Shown piece after piece: positions 20,621 through 33,928 of a DNA stretch of 34,246 nucleotides (the first letter of the stretch is position 1; every line of letters starts with the position of its first letter). This stretch comes from Basidiobolus ranarum (Eukaryota), in NCBI GenBank assembly GCA_040143965.1, contig JASJQH010006942.1:1-34246 (forward strand), given 5' to 3'. The position numbers were made by a program, and so were the translations under genes. Under the pieces are notes generated by a model that was not told the origin of the DNA, ran no database searches, and worked only from the letters and a program-made list of their open reading frames with translations.

Positions 20621-21655
20621 ATGTGTGACAAATTCAAGACGTTCCTCATCTTTCTATCGATTCCTTGTTGTTTTGGACAAGATATAAATCCTTTAGTGAG
20701 CTTTTTGTATTGTCAGAATGAATTCGATATAATACCCAACAATTGTGATCAATTTAAATTTCCAGTAGTATCACAGGCCATTTGCTCCCCGAAGATCCCT
20801 CCCAATCCCTTGAATTTCTCCTCAACATATAGCCCACCTAGCGATAAAAAAAAGATGATGCTTACTTTGACCAACGTGTTTGAGCACGCTTCCAAAATAA
20901 TTAACTACGCCTTTTGTGAGAACATTGGTGACGGGAGAGGATATACTTGTGGTAGCGTTGGTTTCGCTACTGGTACGAGTAACGCTTTAACAGTGATCGA
21001 AGAGTACAAGGCACGTGGGGGGAGGTCAGAGCTATTCAAATACATCCCAGAGTTGCAAAGATTGGCAACTTCAAACGACTGTAGCGTACCACGTGGAGAT
21101 ATCAGTAAATTGAAAGGGTTCCCAGAGATATGGCAGAAAGATTCTTGTCAAATATTATTTCGTATAGTGCAGGACGAGATGGCCGATTATCTATTCTTTT
21201 TACCTTCCATGAAGTTGGCCACTGAAATGGGTATAAAAACCAACTTGGGGAAAGCAATCTTCTATGATACTGCCGTACAACACGGTTGGCAATTCGACGA
21301 TGGAACTAGTTTACTCTCCATCATAAACTTAACGGGTCCCTTGGCTGGACAAAACGAGATCTTGTGGTTGGAGAAATTCTTAACTATAAGAAGAAAGTTA
21401 CTCTGCTGTTATCCCAATAATGTTTGGCCAGCTTCGGCTGATCGTGTATCTGACTTGATGGACCTTTTAAAAGCTGGAAATCTCAACTTGACCGCTCCTC
21501 TCACATTAAGCGCCTATAAGAGTGTCATCACTGGAGAAGAAGATACTGAGAATTTATGTAGCGCTTCCGCACTTCCACCCGTCTCTTCTGCTCTTACAGT
21601 GGCTCCTTCATTGGTGTTAAATGGGGTACTTTCCATACTTTATCTCTTACGTTAG
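20621..21655 (+). CDS. GH46 chitosanase, secreted, probable GPI anchor, intronless
   Basis: Signal-peptide-like N-terminus; FEH (catalytic Glu) and ENIGDGRGYTCGSVGFATGT match the GH46 EDIGDGRGYTGGIIGF motif; YDTAVQHG; C-terminus with small residues followed by a hydrophobic tail. Confidence 0.9.
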   Translation: MCDKFKTFLIFLSIPCCFGQDINPLVSFLYCQNEFDIIPNNCDQFKFPVVSQAICSPKIPPNPLNFSSTYSPPSDKKKMMLTLTNVFEHASKIINYAFCENIGDGRGYTCGSVGFATGTSNALTVIEEYKARGGRSELFKYIPELQRLATSNDCSVPRGDISKLKGFPEIWQKDSCQILFRIVQDEMADYLFFLPSMKLATEMGIKTNLGKAIFYDTAVQHGWQFDDGTSLLSIINLTGPLAGQNEILWLEKFLTIRRKLLCCYPNNVWPASADRVSDLMDLLKAGNLNLTAPLTLSAYKSVITGEEDTENLCSASALPPVSSALTVAPSLVLNGVLSILYLLR

Positions 21656-21878
21656 ATTTCTTAGAGATTCATTGATGTATCGATTGCTGATTCTTTCTTG
21701 GTTAGAATGATGATGTATTATTTATTCTATTTTTATGTTTGCTTGCTTGAACTGGATTGGATTTCTTCCTTTTAATGTACTTAATCTCTTGTATTTAGTT
21801 TTGGGAAATACAAAAGAAAAATATATGGAAAAATGGAGAATGTAATGAAAATTGAAGTGTATATTCAGTGGAATAGTG

Positions 21879-23835
21879 TTATACCAAACGTCTGCATGCT
21901 TGATAAAGTTTATAACCATTACCGTTGGTAGTGGTATACTTGAGGTTTATCTCATCTTCTGTAACATCTACGTTGAGGAAAATTGTATCAGAGATCATGT
22001 GTGCATGTCATTAATAAATCTATATTGCTGCTCATACCTTCAAACAAAATATCCGACTCTTTATAGTATTTCAGGAGACCTTTAGCTTCAGGCTTAGTAT
22101 AAGTCTTAACCTCGAAGTTTCTCAATGATGTATTGACAGGAGATCTGCCCTCAGCAAGAGTCATGTTCAAAGCTTTGCTTTGGAATCTAGAGAAGGTTTG
22201 GGAGGTGGCCCCAACAATAGCTCCGTTTGCCTAATGAGCATCCAATATTAGTGAGATATTCATTAGCTTCTCGATAATATTGAACTTACCAAAGTTTTGC
22301 GTTGAGAGAAGAAGTTCAAGAAAGATTTGACGAGCATCAAATGCTGAGCGGGCAAGAGGCGTCCATTAACATCATTGTAATCAGCAAGGGTATAGAAAGC
22401 ATTGATTTCATCGATGGCAATAAGGGTAGGGGTTCTATGTAGTCTTCAATTAGTGAAAGATTAAAAACTATGTGATATCTTGGAATCAACTTTACGTCTC
22501 ATTAAATCTAACTTCATTTAAGAAAGATTCCATGACCTGCTGAGAGACTTGCTGGTCTTTGATACCAACATCCAACAAATCATTCAAGCTAGATCCTTCC
22601 TCGACCTTGTAGTTCTCGATATTAATCGATTTCTTCATTGGAATCTTTGAATCGAACCACAGGTTATATTCACATACTACTACGATACTAGAGTTCAAGG
22701 ACACTTACCTCGGCTAAAATCTTAGAGTTGGTTTCTTTGATTTGTCCAAGAATGGAGGAAGTCAAAGAGGGTTGAGAGAATTTCCCATCTTCAATCTTGG
22801 CAAAAGGTTTGCTTCCGTTAACCCATTCAGTAGCTAAATATTCATATTAGGATACGAACTTGGCTTTCGAAAAAAAATATCAAAGCCCACCTGCAGGAAC
22901 ATAAATTACAATCCATCCAGAATTGATGCTACGGGCAACAGCTTGGAGCAAGAGAGCACTCTTTCCTACACCTCTCTCACCGGCTAAAAAATCAAACTAA
23001 ATAAATGGCACTTTGATATACTGTGAGTTAACATGACAACACGTACAGATGACAATAGGTTGACCAGGTTGTTTGGCAGACTCATCAAGAAGAGAGAACA
23101 ATTCTTTGGTTTCCTTACGATAGAGCAATGCTTGACGGCTGGAATACTCGAACTAGCAGTGATTCAAGTTAATATAAAATGCAAGGCTTTATTGCTGCAT
23201 AGCTGGCCTACCTCGTCTTTGATGTAGGTTGGATAACCAATAGTATTGAGTTTCTCGACAACATCCTCAGGTAAGGCGAAAACTTTGCCAATATGCTTAT
23301 CAAGAGCTTCACTCTGTTGTAAAGGAAAAGTTCATACTCAGTTAATACCCTAGGAAAAAGAGAGAAGTAATATTTCTTACTGGGAGTTCCTTTAAGTTGA
23401 CTTCTTTAGAAGGCTTGTAATAAAGTTCGTTACGTTTACCAGTGGAGGAGGAAACTGTTTCTTTCTATAAAGCAAAATATTTCATGTACTTAGTAAAAAC
23501 TACCCCAATTTAAACTGGAATAGTTGTATTAACGTTACCTCCCCGACAGGTCCTTTTCCCTTCTTGGTAAAGCTAGAGGCCTTTTTCTTTGCAGGAGCAG
23601 CGACTATAAGAAGACAAATTTCGACGAAAAAAGTTAAAAAAAAGCACTTAATAAGAGTGCTGTATAGAAACTTTTACGAACTTCTCTTTGCGGAGACAAC
23701 GGCGGTGGCTGTAACATAAGTGGCATTGTTCATGCTAGGCAAAAGACGAGGGATCTGGACTCTAGGAGTCAATAAACCAGCTATTTGCTTAGTAGAAACT
23801 GAGTTTCGTGCGACTAGACGAAAAGTAGAAGCCAT
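21879..23835 (-). CDS. RSM23: Mitochondrial ribosomal small-subunit protein mS29 (DAP3/Rsm23), multi-exon
   Basis: Presequence [11 protein letters not shown]..; P-loop [34 protein letters not shown]; ends ..[15 protein letters not shown] (TAA 21879-21881). Confidence 0.88.
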
Positions 23836-24246
23836 ATCGATAAAAAGGTAACCAGTAAACTCGAACGATTTGGTGTATGCAGTTGTCGAGTCAACACAAA
23901 AAGGTTTCTGCAAATTCAAAAATTTTGCAGAATTTCATTAATTGATTTTCAAAGTAGCATTCAAGCGGGGAGACTGGGGGATACCCTCGATTTACTTAAT
24001 CTAGTCCCCTTTTCTGGGAATTTTGTCAGTGAATGGGGTTTAGGTGTAAAAAGCACTGGATCAACATTCAACTTTTGTGATTCAACATTAACTTCATAAA
24101 TTATGCATCATGAAATATAAATGTTTCTTAAATACTGGTTTTAAATTTAATCTTGAAATAATGCCTAGAGCTTCAAGGAGTAAAGGAGATCAATTCGTAA
24201 GAATATATAGCCTTTTCCTAGAGTACGGGTTCTTCACATATTGAGC

Positions 24247-25769
24247 ATGATACGTTCAACGTTTTCTGGTGCTTTAAAGCAAGTTAAACCTGCGTTAACG
24301 TCGAATGAGCGTATCTGTTTTACACATCATTTACAGCAACGTTCTATAAGTAGCACTCGTGGTGCCTTGAATACTCAAAGCCACTGGTTAAAATATGCCT
24401 TAGGAGGGGGTTTGGCTGGAGGTTTTGGAACATACACCTATCTAAAGTACACTTCGCCTAATAAAAAAGTGGTTTTTATAAAAGATGAGTCTACTACGAT
24501 TAGTCAACTTGGTAACGATTCAACATCAACCGGTCTGCTATCCAAAGCTTCAATCAATAGTAGATTGCGTAACAATGAAACGGCCTTCAGCTTTCCAGGA
24601 AAGAAAATCGTCTCAAAAATTGAAATAAACCAACTGGCATCCAACGACCCTATCGAAGACCATCATAGTGAAATTATTACTGATGATCAACGATTCTTTC
24701 TTTTGGGAGTGTTTGATGGACATTCTGGGCCTCAATGTTCTAATCGTTTATCAAGAGAGTTGCTTCCTCGCTTGAAAGATTCTTTGACACCACTATTACG
24801 CGCTAACTCTTCGGAGGAGAAGATTCGAGAGATGCTGGAAAGTACAATGGTTAATATGGATGAGGAGATTGTCAAAGGTGCTCTAGAGAAAATGATTCAA
24901 GACCCCGAAAAAGCTGTCCAGAGATATCTACCTGAAGCTCTATCTGGTTCATGCGCTTTGGTGGCTTGCTTAGATTCAGATAGTGGTGATATATATGTGG
25001 CTTGTACTGGTGATAGTCGGGCTTTATTAGGGAGAAAGAGGTCGGATGGAACCTTTGAGGCTGTACCATTGAGTATCGATCAAACCGCTAAAAATGAATC
25101 AGAGAAGAAGCGGATATTAAGCGAGCACCCAGGTGAAGAAGAGACAGTGTTGGTCAGAAATCGTGTTTTGGGCTCATTGGGTAAACTGTTTATTCTTTGG
25201 CTATTCTTAGTATATGACAAATTTTAACATCAATTTACCTCTATCTTAGCACCTACTCGGGCGTTTGGTAAATATAGGGCATGTCATGATGTTACGTTCA
25301 ATTCATCAGCTAATCCAGAGATTTATATATAGGTGACTCTCGGTACAAATGGGATGCTAAGGTTCAACTTTTAATTCAAAGTACATTAATTCCTCAAGTA
25401 CGTCCCCCACCAAGGAATTATCTCAGTCCACCTTATGTAACAGCTAGACCCGAAATAATGCATCATCAAATTACGGAGGAAGACGAATTCTTGGTTTTGG
25501 CTACTGATGGCTTGTGGGATGAACTGAGCAACGAAGAAGTAGTTGGGTTTGTTAGGGAGTATTTGGATCATCATCAAACCCCTTCCAAAGAAGCTCCTGA
25601 GATTACCCAAAAAAGTACCGTTGAGGATTCCAATGCGGCGACACATTTGATTCGAGGTGCTTTAAGCGGAAAAGATGAAAATAGAATAGCTAAATTACTG
25701 ACCATTCCTGCACCTTATTCAAGACGCTTTAGAGATGATATTACAGTCACTGTTGTGTTCTTCAAATAA
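24247..25769 (+). CDS. PTC5: Mitochondrial PP2C pyruvate dehydrogenase phosphatase, 3 exons including an 18-nt microexon
   Basis: NQLASNDPIEDH, GVFDGHSG, SGSCALV, ACTGDSRALLG, APTRAFGDSRYKW (spliced), PPYVTA.P, LATDGLWD, FRDDITVTVVFF. Confidence 0.92.
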
Positions 25770-26160
25770 GATACCTCGTTCGTTTCAAAGAGTCTGATGT
25801 TCATAGTTCGATAATACAATGAAGACCACTTTTGGCATCAAACTTTTTTAAATAAAAGTCAATGAATCAGCATTTAAAATCGGTGTTCAGCACATTGCTG
25901 TTACATTAGTAAGCATGTCGTACAGGCTCACTGTTTATCTAAAATATGGATGAATCCAAAGTGGTTTTAGGTTTGTGTTTGTGTTCATTTACAACTGATG
26001 GAGTGGATTGGCCATTGGATACTATTGAAATTTTACAAGGGTGGAAAGGTAGCAATCCAACGCTAATTACTTTCTAGGACATCAGGTGGTTATTTTAGAA
26101 ATCATACACATAAAGTACATATACATATCTATTCAAATCTTAAATGGGTTTCTCGGATTG

Positions 26161-29100
26161 TTACGTACTCAATCCACTGGATACTGAAGATCTACGAGTG
26201 CTATGGGTTGGTATCTGAGGTGAAAGTTCTGGGTGAGAAGCTTCATTTTCAACACCTCCTAATCCACGAAAAGCTCCACCAATTAGGTCCATGATAGAAC
26301 TCCCTGTTCCTCGAATGGTTCCACGTCGACGATATGTAGAGCCGGACTCACTTTCGGAAGTGCTAGGGTCAGAGACATAGACCAAGTGTTGATTGGCCTT
26401 GTCGTAGGTAACATTTGTCTGGACTGTCTTTGCTGTCTCCTCGGCTTCCGATTTTGAAGCATTTTTGCTATATCTTCCCCGATAACAGATAAGTGAGGAT
26501 TCATTGACAGGAAAGAGAGAAGATGTTAGACATTCTTCGTGTTCAAGGACTCCCTCATCCAGGTCGAACCTTTTGGTCTTAGGATTAATTGGGAGCCATA
26601 TCCTTCCTGGTAAAGCTCGAATAAAATCGGGATGAATGTAAGTGTCAAACATACTAGTTTCATCTTGATATACTTCACGACTAGGATGAATAGGGTTCGG
26701 TGCCACTTGATCAGAATCAGGAAGTATATTTGCGGTATTAGCAAATGGATTGAAAAAGAGAGTAAGAAGAGGATTGGAGAAGATTTGGTTTTGAAGTTTT
26801 TGAAATCGATGTTTCGAAGGCGAAGGTCGTTGTAAATCTGTCGAATTCTTACCACCTTCTATCCCCAAATATGAGTGACTCGAGATTGGCTGAGCTCTGC
26901 GCAGGGGACCTAGAGTTGGACTTGGCGTAGCTGAGGTTTGTGGAGTTTTCTGAATTTCAGCGTCTGAATGGGCCTTGAGAGTGGGCGAAGTTACAATAAG
27001 TGAGGGGCTATCAGTGATAGACGGCACTACCTCCTCATTCAATCTTGTTTCCCTAGGGGAATTAGTTTGAATCTCTGGCAGAATAATCTCTGGGTTCTCG
27101 CGGTAAATGGTGCTTTTGGACCACAGTTGTGAGTTCTCTGTACATTCGCTCTGCGATGGATTGTGTAGGGCCGATTTGGATTGGTCGCCCAAACTCAAAG
27201 AGTTTGGCTGATCCTTTAAAGAGTCAAGTGGGCAATACTTCATTAATCCTCGGAAGGTCTGACGATGGTAGATTTTGAAATAAAATGTTCCTCCCAAAAG
27301 TGGTAACAATGCAAGACTAGCAGTAACAGCATTCTTCAGGGCTAGTAAACCGATCATAGCAAGTTGAAAGATGATCAAGCCATCAGATACATATCTAAAC
27401 ATATATCTCCAATACTGACCATTGGTTTCATATTGTTTGATGTAAGTATACGCAAATTGGTAACGATAGACGACAATAGCGATTCCATAGTAAATTACCC
27501 CGAATACCAAGATTAGAGGATTGATGATAGAATACGTGATACATATAACGAGTATGAGGATATGCGTCGGTAAGTAATAATAATAGGGGAATGGATAAGG
27601 CTTCTGGCTGTTTTGAAGATCTCGAGGTGTCTTAACGACAAATCTATTTCCAAATAAGTAAGTGTAGAAGAGTGGTACTCCGATTTGCAGTATTTCAAGT
27701 CCATGTGAAGATGTTTGTAAAATCACGTAGTTGATAAAAAAAGCTGCACCCTTTAAGTATGAGAATCATATTAGCGTTCTGTAGTATATTAGTGATAGTA
27801 TTCAAGATGTACCCACCTTCGGCAGGTTTGCTGCCAATACATTTGTTATGTGTGTGGGCGACTGGATGACCTCAATGATCACGTCAATAAATGCAGGACC
27901 CAGAAGAAACACGAAGAGAACGTTGAATATGATGAATCTGTAATATCGGTTGATAGTAGAAATTTCCAATTCGGAATAAGATGAGTAACATTGCTGATAC
28001 GATACCCCTATTGATGATTTTAGCTGTTTAGTCGCATCTCTCAAAAACAAAAAAGTTTACGTCGAGTAAGTACCTAGAAAGATATTAGGCATGGCAACCA
28101 TAAAAGTGGACGTCAAAATAGAGGGAAGCACGGTTTGGATTAGCGATTTGACCCAAGGAGTACTATTTGCCAAATTTGCCAAATATGGAACTCTCTCAGA
28201 TAGTTTTTCATATGAGGCCAGGCTTAGGAAGTAAGTTGAAAGAGATAGCCAGAGAATAGTAAGGGCCCTAAGTGAACATAAAGAGATGGGTGTCAACATA
28301 AATACGATATCGTGTTATAATAGTAACGGAATTATTAGTACCAAATACTAGCGTTTACTATGATTTTACGAATGAACTTCTGTTTGTTACTACGAATGTG
28401 GTTTTCCCATAGAATGTCGCGAGGCTCAGGAGCTAGCTTAGTAATGCATTGATGAGGCTTGGAGCTAGTAATACTTTGAGCACATAGTTGGGCTGCAGAT
28501 TGGTTCTTGAAGGTAATGAAAGCGGTACCCATCGGTTTGTAATAGTGCGCGTTTTCAGCAACCTGCCTTAATTCCGCTATCCGACGATCTAACCGGTTAA
28601 ACTTCTCTAACAGATAATCAATGGTAACCACATTGACTCCAGTCCTGAATATGCCTGTTTTATGGATAGGCTGATATTTATCAAGCAATTGACGATCAAT
28701 CTTGTTTAAAGTCTCCCAAATTGGCATTTGATTGTTTACTGGAAGATGTGGACTCACATCAGCCCCATGGTTCCCTTGAGTATAGCTCGCTAGTATTTGC
28801 CATGCCTTAAGAATCTCCTCAGGTAGACCATCCTCGGTAATATCAGGGTGAAGTGCTTTGATTCCGTGCTTTTTAGTGGCTGATAGTAATTTTCGCAATA
28901 GTTGGATATGGGCTAATTCAAGGTCTCGTAAGATCGCCTCACGTCTTTTGAGTTTTCGGGAGATTTTTGTTGTCAAACGGATCAGTGTGACTGATTCAAC
29001 AGAGCCGAGTCCCAAGTTGCCAAAGTATGTCCTTAGTCTTTCCTCATGTTTCAACGTATCAGGTACATGAGTAACCATAACTGTTCTAGTTTGTATCGAG

Positions 29101-29718
29101 CCTTTCAATGCCTTTTTCTGAATATATTTCATTCGTAATTTAACGTAGTCTTTTGTATTTCTATGGAGGAGATACAAAACTGAAAGGCTGAAAAAATATA
29201 TCAACAACCAATGGATCCATAGCATGTTTGACCCATTAGGGATATTTCCAATAGATACTTTCTCCACATCTATCAAAACTGCCTCCTGAGCAAAGAAATT
29301 GAGTGGCATAAGAATAGCAGCTATCGTTAGCGTGCTAAATAGTAATAGCTGGAACGCCATTTTTAAAAAACGCAAGTAGATAACACAATCTAACCCTACG
29401 TGCGTTAAAAAGAAAGACTCTTTCAGAGATAATACTGTACCTACCCAGACAAAGGGAGTCTTTGGGGGTGGTGGGGACGCATTTCTAAAAAATAGAATAA
29501 AGGTTAGAATGAAATGATACTAGTTAAAGGTCGGGACAATAAAGTACTAACCGTTCCAACCGACACCGGGTACTATAAAGATGTTGAGTGAGGCTCCAAC
29601 GTCTATGAAACTCGAATGCAACAAAACTCGCACAGGAGAGAGCAGTAGTCAAACCAAATTGAGTAGCAATACCAACCAAAGTTGGTGAATAGTTTTTGGC
29701 AGTATCAAGAGTGGCCAT
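26161..29718 (-). CDS. OSCA/TMEM63 (CSC1/RSN1-like) calcium-permeable stress-gated channel, multi-exon, long disordered C-terminal tail
   Basis: GLDCVIYLRFLKM, TVMVTHVP, TAFITF, LAPEPRDILWEN, AANLPK.AAFFINYVILQ, YSIINPLIL, YRYQF.Y.Y...YETNGQYW. Confidence 0.92.
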
Positions 29719-30687
29719 TTAGATATTAGCATATACAATGTGTGTAACTTCACTAAATATCAAAGAAAAGCCAAGTCCACTAACGAGGAATAATACAAAA
29801 TGTTGGCAGTGTAGTAAATACTAGGACAGGTATGAATACGGTAATGTCAAAGAGAATATGAAGAGTAGATAGAAGAATCAGCGTTTGTTTACAGTACTTA
29901 AGTGCAGGAATGAGAAAATTGGCAAGGCGGTATGTATATGCAAATGTACCTTAACGCATAGAAGGTATGGCTGGCCCCAATGATCGGATATTTATTCTTT
30001 TTATACTTTTAAATAATACTTGCTTATATTGAATCCGTTAGTAAAAAAAGGTTCTGACTGTTATATGATCTAGTTTACTAATATAGAATCTTATTAAATT
30101 TTACTATAAATATGTTGTATGCTTAGTCTATAGGCGCAATCATTGCCTATTAGTATTTAGGCTTTGACTGGCTTAGTCGAAGGCTTAGTAGCGGATTTAT
30201 AAGACATGCCAGGTTGTATTTGGAATAAGTTTTGATCACTGACCTTTCCCTCAGATATTATCAGGACTTTTACTGTTAAAGTTAGTGGTTATCTAGGTGT
30301 CTTGTTATTATATTATATAGACAACTACACAAATAAAGCTTACGTAAGGTGTTTATTCATGCAAATTGAGACTATGACGATTTGTTGTATTCAGCCAAAG
30401 CAGATAAATATAGCACTCATGCGTGACTCATACCTCACTGAATATAATAATAGTAATTCCTACTATGAATATTAATAAATACCAATATATTGCAAGTTGG
30501 GTTTTATAAATTGACAGGAAGAAGTCAAATCAGAATCTTCAGAATATTACACTGCGTCAATGAGGGTGAAAAGGTATTGCTCAAATCAATTCTTCTTTCC
30601 AAAGATCTTCTTTGTAGAACTAAAGCCAGAGGAGTTAATTGATAAATGTGTATAAAGTGGTAAAGTAAAGTAGCGTAATATATAAAC

Positions 30688-32419
30688 TTACGAATAGTTG
30701 AGACTGCGTTCATTCAATAAAGCGTTCACTTCTTGCTCTTCTTGCTGTAACTGGCGTCTCTGATCTTCAATTTCTTGTAAGAACTCCTGTTTCTTACGGA
30801 TCAACTGCTCCTCACGTTCTCTCAAGAGTGACTCTGTTTCGCGAACCTGTGCTACAAAATTCTGTCGCATATCTTCCTCTTTCTTCATCATCTCCTCAGC
30901 AAGACTTTTTTTAGTATTTTCGATTCTACTCTCATATGCTTCATCACATTCCAGAATAGATTCAGGTCGACCTTTGATTTGAAGTTGTCCACGCCGGTAC
31001 AATGCATAATGCTTAGAATGTGTGGTTTCAATCAAATCCTGCAGACACGCATCCATTAGAAGTGCACGAAGATGAATGAAATCACAGTGCTCTTCATTCT
31101 CGACTAAATAAAACATTATATCACATTACAGGACGTTCGATGATACTATATTATGGCAAAAGGAGCACCAACCCTGGACGGAGCCCCAACGGTAGGTACG
31201 ACCTCTAGCTTTCTTACCGTCCACATCAACAAAAGTATCACTACCGATAACGGCAAATGGTATATATTTCTATTAAATACTATTGTTATGTATGGTCTGA
31301 TGTACGAAAATGAGTGCAATTATACGCGTACATCTAGTTCAGAAACTATGTCTGGCTCATCGGTATATTCTTTGGGATAGATCTTGATTTGATGTGCCTC
31401 GATATCACGTAGAATAATATGTTTGAGCTCATCGCGCTCTTCGAAGGTCAATGTATCCGCTTTTGCAATTACTGGGATAATGTTCACCTTATCGCTTAAG
31501 GATTTGAGCATTGTAACATCAAGCTCCTTAAGACTATGTCAGATCAAAGAGATATCTAAGTTACTCGGTTCAAACCATGCAAGCATTTTAAAGAATTACC
31601 AGTGTGTAGTGGGAGTTATGAAATACAATATAGCATGAATTCTTGTATCAGGGATGGCGTGACGAAAATCAGGGCTTTTTTCTGCTCTGTGGTAAGCTTC
31701 GAATTGCTTTTCAATATAGTCCACAATAGGAAACAAACTTAACGGTAACTTGATAAATATATGGGTTGAGTCGAGCTCAGTCATTGGAAGTTAACTCACT
31801 TGGCTTCCCGATTTAGTTGATCACCAAATCCGGGAGTATCAATGACAGTCAGGCGGAGGGAGACACCATCCTCTTCCAGGTCTATCACAAATGAAGTCAA
31901 ACAAAGGTGGCAGAGTAGATACAGCAATCAAGAATGTACCATATGCGGTAGGAGTGATAGTAACCGTTTTGTTATTTTGTGGATACTCATGAGTGATTTC
32001 TTCTGTCAAATCAGTATTAAATAATGTGTTCATAAAGGTGGTTTTGCCAAGACCCGTTTCACCTATTAATAAGGATTTCATTTAGGTTGATAAATATATC
32101 TTGTTCGATATGCTCGCACTTAGTATAAACCCAACTGCTTCAGGTGGTAACTTACCAACTACCATAATATTAAATATAAAAGGTTTTCTCTTAGCGCGGT
32201 CACATATCTGTCTTGGCAAAGCTTCAATTCCTAGAACGTCGCGAAGTTTGGCCTCTACGGCAGTGGAGAGTTTCCACGGCCCCGCATCACCAAATTTGCC
32301 GCTAAACGAAACAAGAACATAGGTGAGCAAATGGATTTACTCTGGGGATGAAGGGGAATTCGCTATATTCTCCGCTCACCGGTTCTGTAAAGCATATTCC
32401 TAAAGAATTCAAACGACAT
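30688..32419 (-). CDS. Septin GTPase with C-terminal coiled coil, multi-exon (subgroup not assigned)
   Basis: [77 protein letters not shown]; start MSFEFFR at 32419. Confidence 0.93.
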
Positions 32420-33928
32420 TGTGTGAGTGTATGAATAGTATCAATTGGTGTATGATATCCATACTAGAGGCATGTTACAATGTATAGAATTAAGGTAATG
32501 TTGAGTCCAAACGAAGAGTATGATTCAACAAGAAAGTGAGCTATAAAATGAAGAAAAGGGATAAACTAAACGACTTATAGGGATCAATAGTCTAGGTGTG
32601 ATATTAGGAAAGAGATGGGGTAGGTGGGGTGAGGATCCAACTATTTGTATTTTCGATTTGATGTCAGATGCTAAGTGGATCCCCAAGCTCGTCTCAAGAG
32701 TGGAGCTAACAGCATTAGTAAAATAGCTTAGAGCCGAAACAATGTAACAAAAAGCAGCATAAATATTGACCAAGGATATGATTGAGGACAAAGAGTAAGC
32801 AATAACCATTAGATGTATCTGATAATCGTGTGACTAAATAAAACACTGGATGATCACGTGGTATATACGAGCACACATCTCCAACTTGATAAATATCTAT
32901 ATAGGGACCGGAATTTCTTTTATAGTCTGAATTTTAATTGGCAACTGTGACTGGTGTATACATTGACAAACAGTGACATTGTATATCTCTGTTGCCATAT
33001 GGAACACTTCTAAAGCTTCTAACACTTGATACAATCTGGACTATCTCATTGATTTTTAAAAGAACTTGGATTTCTATCGATCATTCCTCGAAAAATCAGA
33101 TCCCAAATGCGATTAATTTTGAATTTTTGCCAGATTGAAATTATTGAGATAGCGTTCATCTATATTATTCATGGCATTAATGAGCATTCTATTTATCCTT
33201 TCTCACTCTTTAATTACCTGCATTTAGAAAACACTAAAGCCATTTGTGATAGTCCGCTGGACCCGAGTTACGAAATTCTTTTATTCTAGTAAACGTTATC
33301 TGAATCGAAGTTTCAGTCAACATATCACCCTGGTCAATAGTAAAGAAGCTAAGGGGGGTTGATATTTCTTAGTGAGGGGAGTGTATCTAGCATTTTGTCA
33401 TTGATTAGCAACTATATAGGCTTAGACCTACTTCCATATCTTAGGATGTAAACTTAACCCATCAATTCGTTTTCCGAAACTCAGGGCTGGGCTTTTTTTT
33501 CAAGAACAGAAAGATCTAAATATCACAGTGTCAGTATTTATCATGATTCCGATAGAGTAATATTACGACCTCACAGTCTAGATTCATTTTTTGAAAATGC
33601 ATAGAAAATCAATCCAAACCTAGTTTTCCTCCGTTACTTCAAAAAATACTAAATCCATCAAACGATTCCATATTTAGTTAGATAGTCCAAAATCACTTAT
33701 TGCTTAGTTTCTTCCATTGATTTTAATCCATAAACAATGAGTTGTGTTTAATCTGTTATAAACTCAAATAACCATGGTAAAATTGTGTTCCAAAAATAGA
33801 AATGTTCGAAGATTCCATGAGTAAAATCATGCTTCTCATCGTTCCTGATCATTTACTATATATTCCCACTCTTGGTCACCTTTCAAAAAGTACCTGTGTT
33901 TACACATTCAATCATCTACTATACAAAT

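Noticed and set aside
30043-30190. AAAAAAGGTTCTG resembling the U11 snRNA 5' end, plus small hairpins
   Set aside because: No stem-loop III motif or Sm site at the expected distance
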